Source: a virus
Lineage: Duplodnaviria; Caudoviricetes
Strand: one strand, 5' to 3'
IMG/VR virus record: IMGVR_UViG_3300049486_000079
Location: 28,841 to 92,840 of that record
DNA: 64,000 nt
This document shows positions 38,991-48,195 of this stretch, piece after piece. The translations under genes were made by a program, and so were the position numbers. The notes below the pieces were generated by a model. That model saw only the letters and a program-made list of their open reading frames with translations, was not told the origin of the DNA and made no database searches. Positions within the stretch are counted from its first letter, which is position 1, and each line of letters starts with the position of its first letter.

Positions 38991-39089
38991 GGTGTTTTGA
39001 TCCTCCTAATCGAAGAACTGCGCGCTGACCGTTCGCCCTGACGTAGGTTTTTAATCCCACATGTTTTTTTCGAGGGGCTCTCAAGTGAG

Positions 39090-39118
39090 GTTGTACCCCC
39101 AAAAGCTCGTGTTATCAA
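39090..39118 (-). promoter_or_regulatory. Sigma70-like promoter TTGATA-N17-TACAAC upstream of sheath
   Basis: Intergenic, 17-bp spacer. Confidence 0.55.
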
Positions 39119-39181
39119 GCCGTTTAGGGTATACTTGCGTACTCATCACAATTGCAGTAAACTGTTCGATTCCCCATGAAG

Positions 39182-39925
39182 CTACTCGTCGAGCTTCACC
39201 CGGACAGAAGGCAGAGTAACGACTGCCTGAGACGTCGTCGGATCCGCGAGATCCAGTTCCGCTTCGACTCGAAGAGAAAGAGCATAACCAACCTGACGCG
39301 CTCCGACCTCTGAGAGGTCATCCAGCATCGAAATACCTTCTCGGAAGCACTCGTAGGTGCGAACGTCCCCTACACTATCAGTCACTATGACCTGGCCATA
39401 AGCCTGGAACTTGCCCAACAGGTACTTGAAAATCGTGTTCACTTCACGACGGAGCCCTAACCCCTGCCGATGCTTCGCTATGACGGAGACGGTATAATAG
39501 ATACTCTCAGGCTCGCCCTGAAAATACGTCTCATACGCAGTATAACCGTACCGAGTAGAGCCCCCGCTCGTCACGCCCACAGGGACTGCCGTCGGCGCAG
39601 GCACACGATAGTTCGTGGCCCCCGGATGCCATCGCTGCATGTCCGTCTGAATATCGTCCCTGCGCACGATAATAGCAGGAATGAAATACTTCTCGAAGAC
39701 GTCCTCAGGGTAAGCGAAGGTGACGGGAATACCGGGCAGTCCTGGAGGCGGCGACACGTTGTCGAGCAGAAGCCAGTAATTATCGTCGATGATCTCAGCC
39801 CCCATCGTCACAGGAATGCTCTCATCGAACGCACGGATATCCACCATGCCCGCACGGGCACGTCCTTCTGCACGCGCGTTAATCGCCTCAAGCTCGACTG
39901 GGGGTATAGTCGCCATATAATTCAA
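39182..39925 (-). CDS. Tail terminator / sheath stabiliser (gp15-like)
   Basis: IPVTFAYPE..P.I...R motif; immediately upstream of sheath. Confidence 0.7.
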   Translation of the reverse strand: MNYMATIPPVELEAINARAEGRARAGMVDIRAFDESIPVTMGAEIIDDNYWLLLDNVSPPPGLPGIPVTFAYPEDVFEKYFIPAIIVRRDDIQTDMQRWHPGATNYRVPAPTAVPVGVTSGGSTRYGYTAYETYFQGEPESIYYTVSVIAKHRQGLGLRREVNTIFKYLLGKFQAYGQVIVTDSVGDVRTYECFREGISMLDDLSEVGARQVGYALSLRVEAELDLADPTTSQAVVTLPSVRVKLDE

Positions 39926-40290
39926 CCAAACGAGCGCATCATGGCTTCACGGACCGCGTTTTTAGTCAACTCGGAATTCTGAGCAGCAGCCAACCAACGG
40001 CCTACCTCAGAAGGTGACGAGCTGGCGGTCGGAAACGGAGGCAAGAGACCTTTCGCCTCCATCGCAGTCGCGACCTCTTCGATGAATCGAAAAGCCTCTT
40101 CGGGCTTCTGCTTGAAATCCAGACAACGGTCATGGACCTCGTTCATGACAAGCTCGATAAACCGAAAGAACTGCCGCTTCGGCTCCTGGTAGTTCGCTGC
40201 GGGGTTGTTGCGATCCTTATTCATAATAGAGGTAATCCCCAGTCGCTTGTGAATGTCCGAAAGAACTTCGTTGAGACTGCTGCGATCCAT
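39922..40290 (-). CDS. Hypothetical protein
   Basis: ORF track; 4-nt overlap with next gene. Confidence 0.6.
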   Translation of the reverse strand: MDRSSLNEVLSDIHKRLGITSIMNKDRNNPAANYQEPKRQFFRFIELVMNEVHDRCLDFKQKPEEAFRFIEEVATAMEAKGLLPPFPTASSSPSEVGRWLAAAQNSELTKNAVREAMMRSFG

Positions 40291-40296
40291 GACACA

Positions 40297-41142
40297 TCAC
40301 CTGAATTTAAGACCCAGACGCTGCATAAAAGGTCCAAAAGAGGAGAGCCTCGTCGCGGCGATCTTTTTCTTGGTCTCCGTCGGCCAACCTGCCCACCCAA
40401 GAAAAAGAGGATCCATAAAGCCTTTGACCAGATCAGGGCTTTTCAGCAAAGCAGGGACCTCTTTGCGTACAGTCTCGCTGATCCCTACCCTCCAATGGGG
40501 TTGTGGTTTCCTGTTGACCCCGAATTCTGCCCGAAGAGCGAACTGGGTCATATCTGTCGTCGCATAGCCTTTAGTCAGACGATTAAGCTTCGCTTGTGAA
40601 CGATCGCCTGTTGTCTGGGGCACCTGAACTGCGCGAAGCGCCTTTGTCCACTGGGACCTCGTCTTTCTGCGCGCTCTACGAACAGCCTCGACTTCCGCTG
40701 AAGACACCACTCGCTTGATAATCGTCCCTTCGCTCGGAGAAATGTAGCGAGGGATCGTGTCCATAGTCCACGGTCCGAACTGCTCCAACACAGCGACATA
40801 ACGACTCGAAGCACCCTGCGACTTGCGGCTTTTCACGTACAAAACCACCGAGCCTCTATCCTGCTCTCGAAGGGCTTTGGGCTTTGATACGGACTGAAGG
40901 ACATAATTGACAGAATTGTCGGAAGATCCGTTCACACTGGAGACTGTCAGCGACTTTCGGTATTCGGCGAATTCCTTGGATCGTGGGATCCTATTTTTGA
41001 CTTGAGCCTGGGCCTTCGAGGCCAGCTCATAGCCGAACTGCTTCAGATAATTCTCTCCACGATCTTCCCACTGGTTAAACATGCGGTACGCACGCTTGGC
41101 AGAAGGCTCCATAGCGACTTTGATCTCGAATCCTCTAGTCAC
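40297..41142 (-). CDS. Basic neck / tail-completion-like protein
   Basis: EFG....PHWR motif; neck-region synteny. Confidence 0.6.
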   Translation of the reverse strand: MTRGFEIKVAMEPSAKRAYRMFNQWEDRGENYLKQFGYELASKAQAQVKNRIPRSKEFAEYRKSLTVSSVNGSSDNSVNYVLQSVSKPKALREQDRGSVVLYVKSRKSQGASSRYVAVLEQFGPWTMDTIPRYISPSEGTIIKRVVSSAEVEAVRRARRKTRSQWTKALRAVQVPQTTGDRSQAKLNRLTKGYATTDMTQFALRAEFGVNRKPQPHWRVGISETVRKEVPALLKSPDLVKGFMDPLFLGWAGWPTETKKKIAATRLSSFGPFMQRLGLKFR

Positions 41143-41590
41143 GGTGCCCCTCTGCCTCGGCGAAAGCTTGTTCCGTCTGGATCATTTCCTCGACAAGGGT
41201 ATTTTTCGTGTAGCGCCCGTTCACCGAGGTCACAATACCTTTGGGGCTATGAACCTCAAAAACAACCGGAACGCCCTTCTCGGCCTTCAGTCGATCAAAG
41301 AGACCAAGATGGACCTTACACACTCCGATTGCTTGACGCCAGGCCTGTCCCTTGACACCGAAATCGGCCAGAGTTCCACACACAAAACAGCGATCTTCGA
41401 GATTGGATATAGGCCCTTCGTAACGGGGGAAATCGAGTCCTGCAATAGGGCCTCCGCAGGGTAGCAGCGTGGTACAAGAAGGGAATGGAAGTCCCTTCTC
41501 TCGGCCTTCCCAGAACCGAGAACACGTAGCACAGACCACAGACACTCCTTGATCTATGGCTTTTTTAACACCGACTATATCCAACACCAT
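41135..41590 (-). CDS. Cys-rich metal-binding hypothetical protein
   Basis: CxxC, C-x5-C, CxxC and CxxH motifs. Confidence 0.65.
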   Translation of the reverse strand: MVLDIVGVKKAIDQGVSVVCATCSRFWEGREKGLPFPSCTTLLPCGGPIAGLDFPRYEGPISNLEDRCFVCGTLADFGVKGQAWRQAIGVCKVHLGLFDRLKAEKGVPVVFEVHSPKGIVTSVNGRYTKNTLVEEMIQTEQAFAEAEGHRD

Positions 41591-41593
41591 AAA

Positions 41594-42169
41594 CTAAGGC
41601 GGCAGGATCTTCCGCTCCGGTCCGAATTCGCTTCGTCTCTTGATTGTTACTCTGAAACCTACAAATGACGAGCTATCATGAAGGTGCCCATCAGGCACTG
41701 CCTGGATAATGTCGAAAAAGTACCCGGCTTTGGGCACCTCAGTGTGCGCCGCTTCCTTTGCAAAAAAAGGTGTGTTCCAGAACCGGAGAATATCTCCTTC
41801 GGTGGGGTTGGGGGCTTGAACCTCTTCCAGTGAGGCTCGTGCAATCCACGCTGTCGCATCGAAATGCACTCGAAAACCCTCTTCCCCTACAATGGGATTC
41901 TGGGAAGGCGCAGAAACCCACACAGACATTCGATAGCCCTTAGACCATTCCCTCTGAGTAGGTTCGTCGTAAAGCGCATCTCTTTTGGACTGTTTCAGCT
42001 TTAAGCTGAAGAAATCGACCTCTGTACCCCAGATGTTGTTCGACTCCTTCGCCCAGATATCTCGAAGAGCTAACTCCTGATCAGACAGACGAAAAGCCTC
42101 TTCTCCAGCACGGAGAGGTGCGACCTTCATATTAGGCAGCATAAGAGGCTTAATCTTCGTCTTCGGCAT
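41594..42169 (-). CDS. Head closure / neck protein (gp14-like)
   Basis: G..V.F, DALYDE and P.EGD motifs; follows gp13. Confidence 0.75.
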   Translation of the reverse strand: MPKTKIKPLMLPNMKVAPLRAGEEAFRLSDQELALRDIWAKESNNIWGTEVDFFSLKLKQSKRDALYDEPTQREWSKGYRMSVWVSAPSQNPIVGEEGFRVHFDATAWIARASLEEVQAPNPTEGDILRFWNTPFFAKEAAHTEVPKAGYFFDIIQAVPDGHLHDSSSFVGFRVTIKRRSEFGPERKILPP

Positions 42170-42180
42170 AATACTTTCAA

Positions 42181-42194
42181 GGACCGTACGGTCC
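42181..42194. repeat. GGWCC-RYRY-GGWCC site (perfect palindrome, intergenic)
   Basis: GGACCGTACGGTCC between gp13-like and gp14-like genes. Confidence 0.8.
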
Positions 42195-42214
42195 TATTCA
42201 GAATAAACCGGCCG

Positions 42215-42940
42215 TTATCCTACCAGAAGACCCATGGGGAAACCGCTCTGGGCGATCTCGTCCTCAAGAAGCTGGAGCTGCGCCTCCGCCTCCTGAATCA
42301 GACGCGTTCCATCGAGACTCGTCTGTCCCTGCGCAGTCGCATAAGAATCGTATTTAGACCGGACAACACCGAGCTTCTGTTTGGCTTGCGCAAGAGCATA
42401 CCGCTTCACAAGGTCATGATCACGCTCGTCGAGCTGTTCTATCGTAATCGTAATCGATTTATACGCTACAATGATCGTGCCTGAGCTTTTCCGCGCAGGA
42501 AGAATATACAAGGTCCGTCCGTCCTGTCTCCAGTCCATCTCCGCCCCAGTCACACGCTTTGCCAGCTCTAAGTACATAATGGACTGCGCGTACGTAGAGA
42601 TCAGGCCCATGGTACCTGGTGTCGGAAACAAATTGTAAGGGACGCTGTGATCCAACAGACCCATCGGGTCTATGAGTGTATTGAAGTCGTCTGTGGTTTG
42701 AGAAAAAACGACATCGGTGACAGTGTCGACATCCTCGGGCAATGTCAGCTCGGTAATAGAAGACGCCACAAAGACGTTAAAAAGGCGCTTCACTCCCTTT
42801 TTCGCAGTAAACCACCGACGCGCTTCTTCTACCGCATCGTCAAGGTCGTCCTGGGTCAGCTCTACCTTCAACTGAGGAGCCCCCAGCCGTCGCAAAATAA
42901 ACTGCTGAAGCTGCTCCTGGTTCATGAGCTGACGTGTCAC
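42215..42940 (-). CDS. Neck protein (gp13-like)
   Basis: RRLGAP...VELT and YALA..K..LG.VRSKY...LDG motifs. Confidence 0.88.
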   Translation of the reverse strand: MTRQLMNQEQLQQFILRRLGAPQLKVELTQDDLDDAVEEARRWFTAKKGVKRLFNVFVASSITELTLPEDVDTVTDVVFSQTTDDFNTLIDPMGLLDHSVPYNLFPTPGTMGLISTYAQSIMYLELAKRVTGAEMDWRQDGRTLYILPARKSSGTIIVAYKSITITIEQLDERDHDLVKRYALAQAKQKLGVVRSKYDSYATAQGQTSLDGTRLIQEAEAQLQLLEDEIAQSGFPMGLLVG

Positions 42941-42948
42941 GGACTACC

Positions 42949-43233
42949 TCACTTTTTCAGCTTAAACCCCGGACGTCTCGGCTGAAGAGAATGCTCAGTA
43001 GCTTTCGGGCGCTCGTCTGTCTTCGCTATTTCAAGTAAAAGCTCCTGCTTTTCCAGAGGAGCTTTTGCCTCAAGGGGAACAAGAGGAGGAGACGTCGAGT
43101 CCAAAATCTCTACAAGACACTGAGGGCAATAACGAGCCCACTCGTCTCCTTCGAGAACCTGATCATTTCGCAAACGACCGATTCCGGGAAGGACAACAAG
43201 GTTCAAGTTATCTCGTTTCTTAAACCGCCTCAT
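42949..43233 (-). CDS. Hypothetical protein
   Basis: ATGA overlap with upstream gene. Confidence 0.65.
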   Translation of the reverse strand: MRRFKKRDNLNLVVLPGIGRLRNDQVLEGDEWARYCPQCLVEILDSTSPPLVPLEAKAPLEKQELLLEIAKTDERPKATEHSLQPRRPGFKLKK

Positions 43234-43511
43234 TCGTCCTCCTCGCCCTCCTCAGCCTCCACCTCGTCGTCTTCCTCGTCAGAAGACTCCTGAATTTCAA
43301 CCGCCTCATCCAGAACCGACTTGAAATTCTCTACAGCCTCGTGAAGCTGTGTGAAATTGGAGCTGAGTTGATCCAGCGCTTTGCGGATATTCTCAAAAGC
43401 AGAACCGAGCCCTTCGACAGAATCAGGTGATTCTGCAAGCGGGGAGGGGCTGTCGATCCTCCCAATGTCTTTCAATTCTTCAAGAAGCGCGATCGTGCTC
43501 TTATTTGACAT
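43230..43511 (-). CDS. Acidic hypothetical protein (prohead core-like)
   Basis: E/D-rich with L-x-E motifs. Confidence 0.6.
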   Translation of the reverse strand: MSNKSTIALLEELKDIGRIDSPSPLAESPDSVEGLGSAFENIRKALDQLSSNFTQLHEAVENFKSVLDEAVEIQESSDEEDDEVEAEEGEEDE

Positions 43512-43550
43512 TTCCAGACCTCTAGTAAAAACGGCACCTGCGGGTGCTCT

Positions 43551-43595
43551 AAAAAAAACAGTAAAGACAGGCCCGGATACACCACCGGGCCTGTC
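43551..43595 (-). terminator. Rho-independent terminator after major capsid gene
   Basis: 11-bp stem GACAGGCCCGG/CCGGGCCTGTC followed by TTTACTGTTTTTTTT. Confidence 0.8.
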
Positions 43596-43626
43596 GATAC
43601 TTTATGTAAACCGGCCTAAAACCGAT

Positions 43627-45150
43627 TTACAGGTTCGTCACGCCAAGCTGCCCGTAGAACTCCTGCCGGAGAGCCTTCTTCGCGTAACGTGTCCGCATAC
43701 CCTTCCTGAAGCTGAAGTCATTCGGATCAAGGAAGGTCGGCGTGACCTGGAGCGGAATATAAGGCGCCCAAGCATACCCCGCGTCAAGGTAGCTCGCACC
43801 TTTGAGACCGATCAGCATCTTATTGCGGGTGAAGAACGGATCTTCGTACACCACCCACTTATTAAGAAGCGTACCCGTCTTGTAGATGCCGAACTGACCA
43901 TGCGGTGCACCGCCCGGCATGATCATATCGATCGGCGTCTGCGACGACTGCCCGCCAGCAATCGGGCCCCACAGCGGCCGGAAGTCGCCATGCGTGGTCA
44001 ACTGCGCAAAAAGAGCCGAGACCTCAGGGCTAGTCACGATCCAGTTTGCAGGAGCACGCAACGACTTCTTGTGAATGAGATTCGACACGGTCGAGATCGG
44101 GGTGATCATCGCACGCAAATGATCGATCTCGCTCACACCGCCAGGCGGAATACGATCGAAAGTACCCGTCGTACCCGTCGAAAGGAGCAGAAGATCGTTG
44201 ATGATCTCACGATCAATCTCAAGAGCAATCTCCTGAGCGATCGACGAAACCAGCTCGGTCTCTGCATCCACACCGTGAAGAGTCCGAAGATCCTCAGCGG
44301 CTTCAGACGAATAAAGCGCCTTCAAACGTCGAGGCTGAGCCTCGACCGGCGCCTTCTTGATATCGAGATTCACCTGCGGAATCTTCGAATTCAACTCACC
44401 ATCGTAGTAGTAGTACGCCTTAATCGGGTTTCCAGAAGCAGGCACGTTCTGGAAATTGAAAGACGCAACGCTGCCGTTGGCGTAGTTGATCATGCCGGCC
44501 ACGTTCGCGCCGGTCGGGCTGAACGTAAACCCGCCCGTCCCGTTATCCGTAGCGACCTGGACATCGGCACCTGTTGTCGCGTTGATCTCCTTGATCACAA
44601 CGCTAAAACCACGTGTCGTATCCAGCGGGCGAACCGGCGTGAAATTCAGAACGGCTGTGAGCACTGCCGTAGGCGCAGCACCACCGTACTTCGCTCCGTC
44701 ACCTGTCGCGAGAGGCTCTCCGTTGATGAACTCCGAGCTGTAGTCGCGATCGAAGTCACGCGGGAAAATATTCCCCTCGGTCGTGCCGCCCTTCGTGGTG
44801 CCGTACACGTAATCGAGGAAGAAAACCGCCCCGACAGGCGCGGTCATCGGCTGAACCGAGACAATCTCATTCGCAATGAGATTCGGGAACACTCGACGAA
44901 GTACCGGGAAAATAAACTTCGTAAAGCTGCCCGTGTTGACCATGCGCGTCTCTTCGGAAAGGCTCCGAAGATGTCGCGCCTCGTTTTCCATGATCATCGC
45001 AGTAATGCCACGAACATACTGATCGTGAGCACTGCGTGCTGGAATGCCCTCAAGTAAAGGGGCCCATTTGTTCTTACAAGCGGCCACGTACGTATCATCT
45101 CCGACCGTACGACGACCTTCTTCCGACAGAATCTTACGCGCCTGACTCAT
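43627..45150 (-). CDS. Major capsid protein (T4 gp23-like)
   Basis: RRVFPNLIA.EIVSVQPM, R.LKA, EIDREII, APYIPL and RTRY motifs. Confidence 0.97.
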   Translation of the reverse strand: MSQARKILSEEGRRTVGDDTYVAACKNKWAPLLEGIPARSAHDQYVRGITAMIMENEARHLRSLSEETRMVNTGSFTKFIFPVLRRVFPNLIANEIVSVQPMTAPVGAVFFLDYVYGTTKGGTTEGNIFPRDFDRDYSSEFINGEPLATGDGAKYGGAAPTAVLTAVLNFTPVRPLDTTRGFSVVIKEINATTGADVQVATDNGTGGFTFSPTGANVAGMINYANGSVASFNFQNVPASGNPIKAYYYYDGELNSKIPQVNLDIKKAPVEAQPRRLKALYSSEAAEDLRTLHGVDAETELVSSIAQEIALEIDREIINDLLLLSTGTTGTFDRIPPGGVSEIDHLRAMITPISTVSNLIHKKSLRAPANWIVTSPEVSALFAQLTTHGDFRPLWGPIAGGQSSQTPIDMIMPGGAPHGQFGIYKTGTLLNKWVVYEDPFFTRNKMLIGLKGASYLDAGYAWAPYIPLQVTPTFLDPNDFSFRKGMRTRYAKKALRQEFYGQLGVTNL

Positions 45151-45166
45151 TAGGCGTCCTCCTCAA

Positions 45167-46654
45167 TTACGACGGGATACCAGACAAAACCTTGAGAGTG
45201 CCGAGATCGACACCAAGGTCATTGTAATTGCTTTCAACAAGGCCGCGTTGATCCGTCGGCTCTTCATCGTCCAAAGGCGAGGGTCCATACCCGCCCTTGG
45301 TCATAGAGCGTACTCGTGACCGGATGGCCTCCAATTCATCTGCATCTCTCGCTGGGACCTGGAAGCTGTCGATGATCGCATCGACATCTTCCGTCGTCCC
45401 TGGCTTCGATGACTCGATGAGCTTCCTGATTCGAGCAGCATTCGGATGCTTCGCCAGGCGCTGCTCTGCATAGACCTGAACGGCGAGAAGACGATTGAGC
45501 TTCGAGCTTTTATTCAGAGCCTCTTCGAGGCGCTCGACTTTTGTTCCGAGTGTCTTCCGATCCTCGGCGATCAACTGGCGCTCGCGCTCACGCTCGCGGG
45601 CTAACTTCTCTTCACGAATAAAGCGCCGTCGGATTTCCTTACGGGTCGCATCGACCCGATGCTTGATATCCTCGACACTCTCGTACATCGAAACTTCACC
45701 GACGACGCTGCGAAGCATGTCCGCATTTTCATCGCCGGCAATGTAGCGTTCGAGCGCGTATTTGTATCCGATCTGTTTGGATATCTCAGCCAGTTCGCCG
45801 AGCTGCTCCTCAAGACCTTTGATAACCAAATCGCGATCCGCCAACTCCGCCTGAAGCCGCGTGACCTCGTTCCCCTTGCTCTCCAGCGCAGACTGAAGAT
45901 CTTCCGGAGTAACGATACTCGGAATAAGCTGCTTGAGCTGCGTCAGAGCTGAGAGAACAGCGGCCGTATCGACAGGAGGCGTCTTTGCCGTCTCCACTTT
46001 CACAGCCTCACGCTGATCCACATTTTTCTGGGCAAGCTCCGCGGGCTTATCCTTCTTCGTGGCTTCAGGATCGGGCTGTTTGGCCTGAACATTAAGTTCC
46101 TTATTCACGACCTGTTCCCTCTCCTCATAATAAACATCAGGGTAGGAAGTCCGATTGGCAGGATCGGCCACGAAATCGAACGACAAAAGCCGATAATCCT
46201 CCTGGACTACCTCGTCGCCTTGATCGTTCGGAGTGGTCGATCCGTAACCACGGGACGATACCCCGATTTTAGCATTAGACCGCAGAAGAGCCTGTAAATC
46301 ACGGCCCTTCTGTGTGTCCAGGATCTCTGCCTCGCCAACAACGACTCCGTTGTCGTCGACATGCAAATCCGTAATAATGTGGGAAACGCGCTGAAGCAGC
46401 GTTCGACCGTCACTGGGATGATCAAGCTCCCCCAGCATTTTACGTTCTACAATGTCGCTAGAAAGGCGATTTAACTCGCGCTCCCAAAGTTTGGTCTTGT
46501 AAAACCGTTTGTTGGCTGTGGCGACATTTCCTCGGGCAAACTCGCCCTTGACGAGGATTTTACCTGGTTTATCAGCGGATTCGACCAGTGTCATCGAAAA
46601 CGGACACGTGTCGATCAGTAGCCGACCCTCAGGCTTGGATGACCGGCTGCTCAT
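45167..46654 (-). CDS. Prohead protease (gp21-like) fused to scaffold (gp22-like)
   Basis: N.RFY, LGELDHP, VSH, IGVSSRG.GS and DFVADP motifs, then coiled coil. Confidence 0.93.
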   Translation of the reverse strand: MSSRSSKPEGRLLIDTCPFSMTLVESADKPGKILVKGEFARGNVATANKRFYKTKLWERELNRLSSDIVERKMLGELDHPSDGRTLLQRVSHIITDLHVDDNGVVVGEAEILDTQKGRDLQALLRSNAKIGVSSRGYGSTTPNDQGDEVVQEDYRLLSFDFVADPANRTSYPDVYYEEREQVVNKELNVQAKQPDPEATKKDKPAELAQKNVDQREAVKVETAKTPPVDTAAVLSALTQLKQLIPSIVTPEDLQSALESKGNEVTRLQAELADRDLVIKGLEEQLGELAEISKQIGYKYALERYIAGDENADMLRSVVGEVSMYESVEDIKHRVDATRKEIRRRFIREEKLARERERERQLIAEDRKTLGTKVERLEEALNKSSKLNRLLAVQVYAEQRLAKHPNAARIRKLIESSKPGTTEDVDAIIDSFQVPARDADELEAIRSRVRSMTKGGYGPSPLDDEEPTDQRGLVESNYNDLGVDLGTLKVLSGIPS

Positions 46655-46855
46655 TTAATGCCTCCGCCACCTGAAATTTGACTTAAAAGCAGTTCCATCG
46701 AGCGATGAACTTTCAGGACTTCGGCGCATGACCGCTCTTTTTTGCTTAAAAGGATTCATGTACCGATGCTCCGCTCCTATCACCTCTCGTCGCCCACTTG
46801 CATACGCCGTACGCCGCTTACGCCAGGCTTCGAGAAGGTCAAGAACACTCAGCAT
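46655..46855 (-). CDS. Small basic prohead-associated protein
   Basis: Coupled between core and protease genes; LLEA then basic tail. Confidence 0.6.
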   Translation of the reverse strand: MLSVLDLLEAWRKRRTAYASGRREVIGAEHRYMNPFKQKRAVMRRSPESSSLDGTAFKSNFRWRRH

Positions 46856-47595
46856 TCCTTCTTGGACTTTTTTTTATCCTTGGAAGGCTTTTCCTCTTCA
46901 GAGTCGTCCTCGGAATCCTCTTCCTCGTCGCTCTCCTCGGAGTCCTCTTCCTCATCGTCCGCTTCGACGACATCTCCATAGACGTCCAAGCCGTCAAGAA
47001 GGGCGGACATCATCTCATGGAAATCCGACTCGACGACAGAGACATCGACCTCATCAAAGGCGCCTTCCTGAAGCGTGGCACTCAAAGACTCCGCCTTACC
47101 AGCGGCGTCCTCTGCGAGGGCACTAAATTCCTCAGAAAGTCCCTGGAAGCCTTCAAGCATCTCCTCATCAACGTCTTCGTCCTGCGCAAGAGCCTCGGCA
47201 ATCTCCGCAAAACGCTCCGAGAGGACATCGGCCACAACCGCCGTGTAGGCGAAGCTTCGAACAATCTCGTTATTCTCGGATTCCTCGAAATTCGCAAGAA
47301 GAGCATCGACCTCAGAGGCCAGCTCCTCTGCCTCCTGCGTCACACCAGCGGTCTCTTGATCGTCCGCAGCATCTTCCGACTCTGAGGTGTCTTCGACCTC
47401 GACATCTTCGCGAAGACCCTTCACATGTCGAGCATAGCCCGAAGCAAGTGACCCGCTGCTGCTGCCGCGCCGTTTATATTTCTTCGGCTTGCTGCCCTCT
47501 TCAAGGGGCTCGGCAACAGTTGTGGGGACCGAAAGACCGATCTGCGCGAGATCTTCTTCGAGCGAACAAACATCCTTAGCGGTTTTAGGATACAT
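46849..47595 (-). CDS. Acidic prohead core/scaffold-like protein
   Basis: Very E/D-rich; between portal and protease. Confidence 0.65.
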   Translation of the reverse strand: MYPKTAKDVCSLEEDLAQIGLSVPTTVAEPLEEGSKPKKYKRRGSSSGSLASGYARHVKGLREDVEVEDTSESEDAADDQETAGVTQEAEELASEVDALLANFEESENNEIVRSFAYTAVVADVLSERFAEIAEALAQDEDVDEEMLEGFQGLSEEFSALAEDAAGKAESLSATLQEGAFDEVDVSVVESDFHEMMSALLDGLDVYGDVVEADDEEEDSEESDEEEDSEDDSEEEKPSKDKKKSKKEC

Positions 47596-48173
47596 TAACG
47601 TGCCCTTTCATTATTGGAATCGACCAGCCTAACGGCTACAGAAGAAACATATTCAACCGACTGCTGGCTTTTTTCCAAAAAAAGCCCCACGTTCTCATGC
47701 AGCTCGGTCAGACGCTCTGGATCTTTTTCGACCTTCAGAGCCTCGCGAAGAAATCGAAGGGCGACAGACGAGTCGTACCCCAGATCTTCGCAAAAATAAG
47801 AAAGGGTACGTGAGCCGCTAGAAGCCTGCGCGCTCTCAAGCACCCTCCTATGGGTCTCCAGATCCTCGATCACCTTAAGAAGAATGTTCTCAGCCTCTTT
47901 AAGGTCTCGCTGAACGGCGGGTAAGAAACGAGCGAAGTCCTCAGCAGAAGCGCAATACCGAAGGACAGGTCGAAAGCCAGATCCCTCTGACGGAGGAAGG
48001 ACCCCCCGCTTCTCAAGCGCCTCACTGAGATGCTTCCAGGGGCGAGGAGACGTCAGATGAGATAACACCGCTTGGCTATAACCCTGACTTACTGTACTTT
48101 CTGAGTATCCGTCCGAAGAGGCATCGATAGGTCGTTTGAGAGAGTGTGGTACTTGTCGGTCCGTGCGGTCCAC
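47595..48173 (-). CDS. Hypothetical protein
   Basis: TAATG coupling; follows portal. Confidence 0.6.
   Translation of the reverse strand: MDRTDRQVPHSLKRPIDASSDGYSESTVSQGYSQAVLSHLTSPRPWKHLSEALEKRGVLPPSEGSGFRPVLRYCASAEDFARFLPAVQRDLKEAENILLKVIEDLETHRRVLESAQASSGSRTLSYFCEDLGYDSSVALRFLREALKVEKDPERLTELHENVGLFLEKSQQSVEYVSSVAVRLVDSNNERAR
48158..48171. repeat. GGWCC-RYRY-GGWCC site
   Basis: GGTCCGTGCGGTCC overlapping the start of 47595..48173. Confidence 0.75.
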
Positions 48174-48195
48174 CAGCGGCCTCGATCCAGCTCAG

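Noticed and set aside
43381-45057. 558-aa plus-strand ORF
   Set aside because: Antisense shadow of the codon-biased major capsid gene; no motifs
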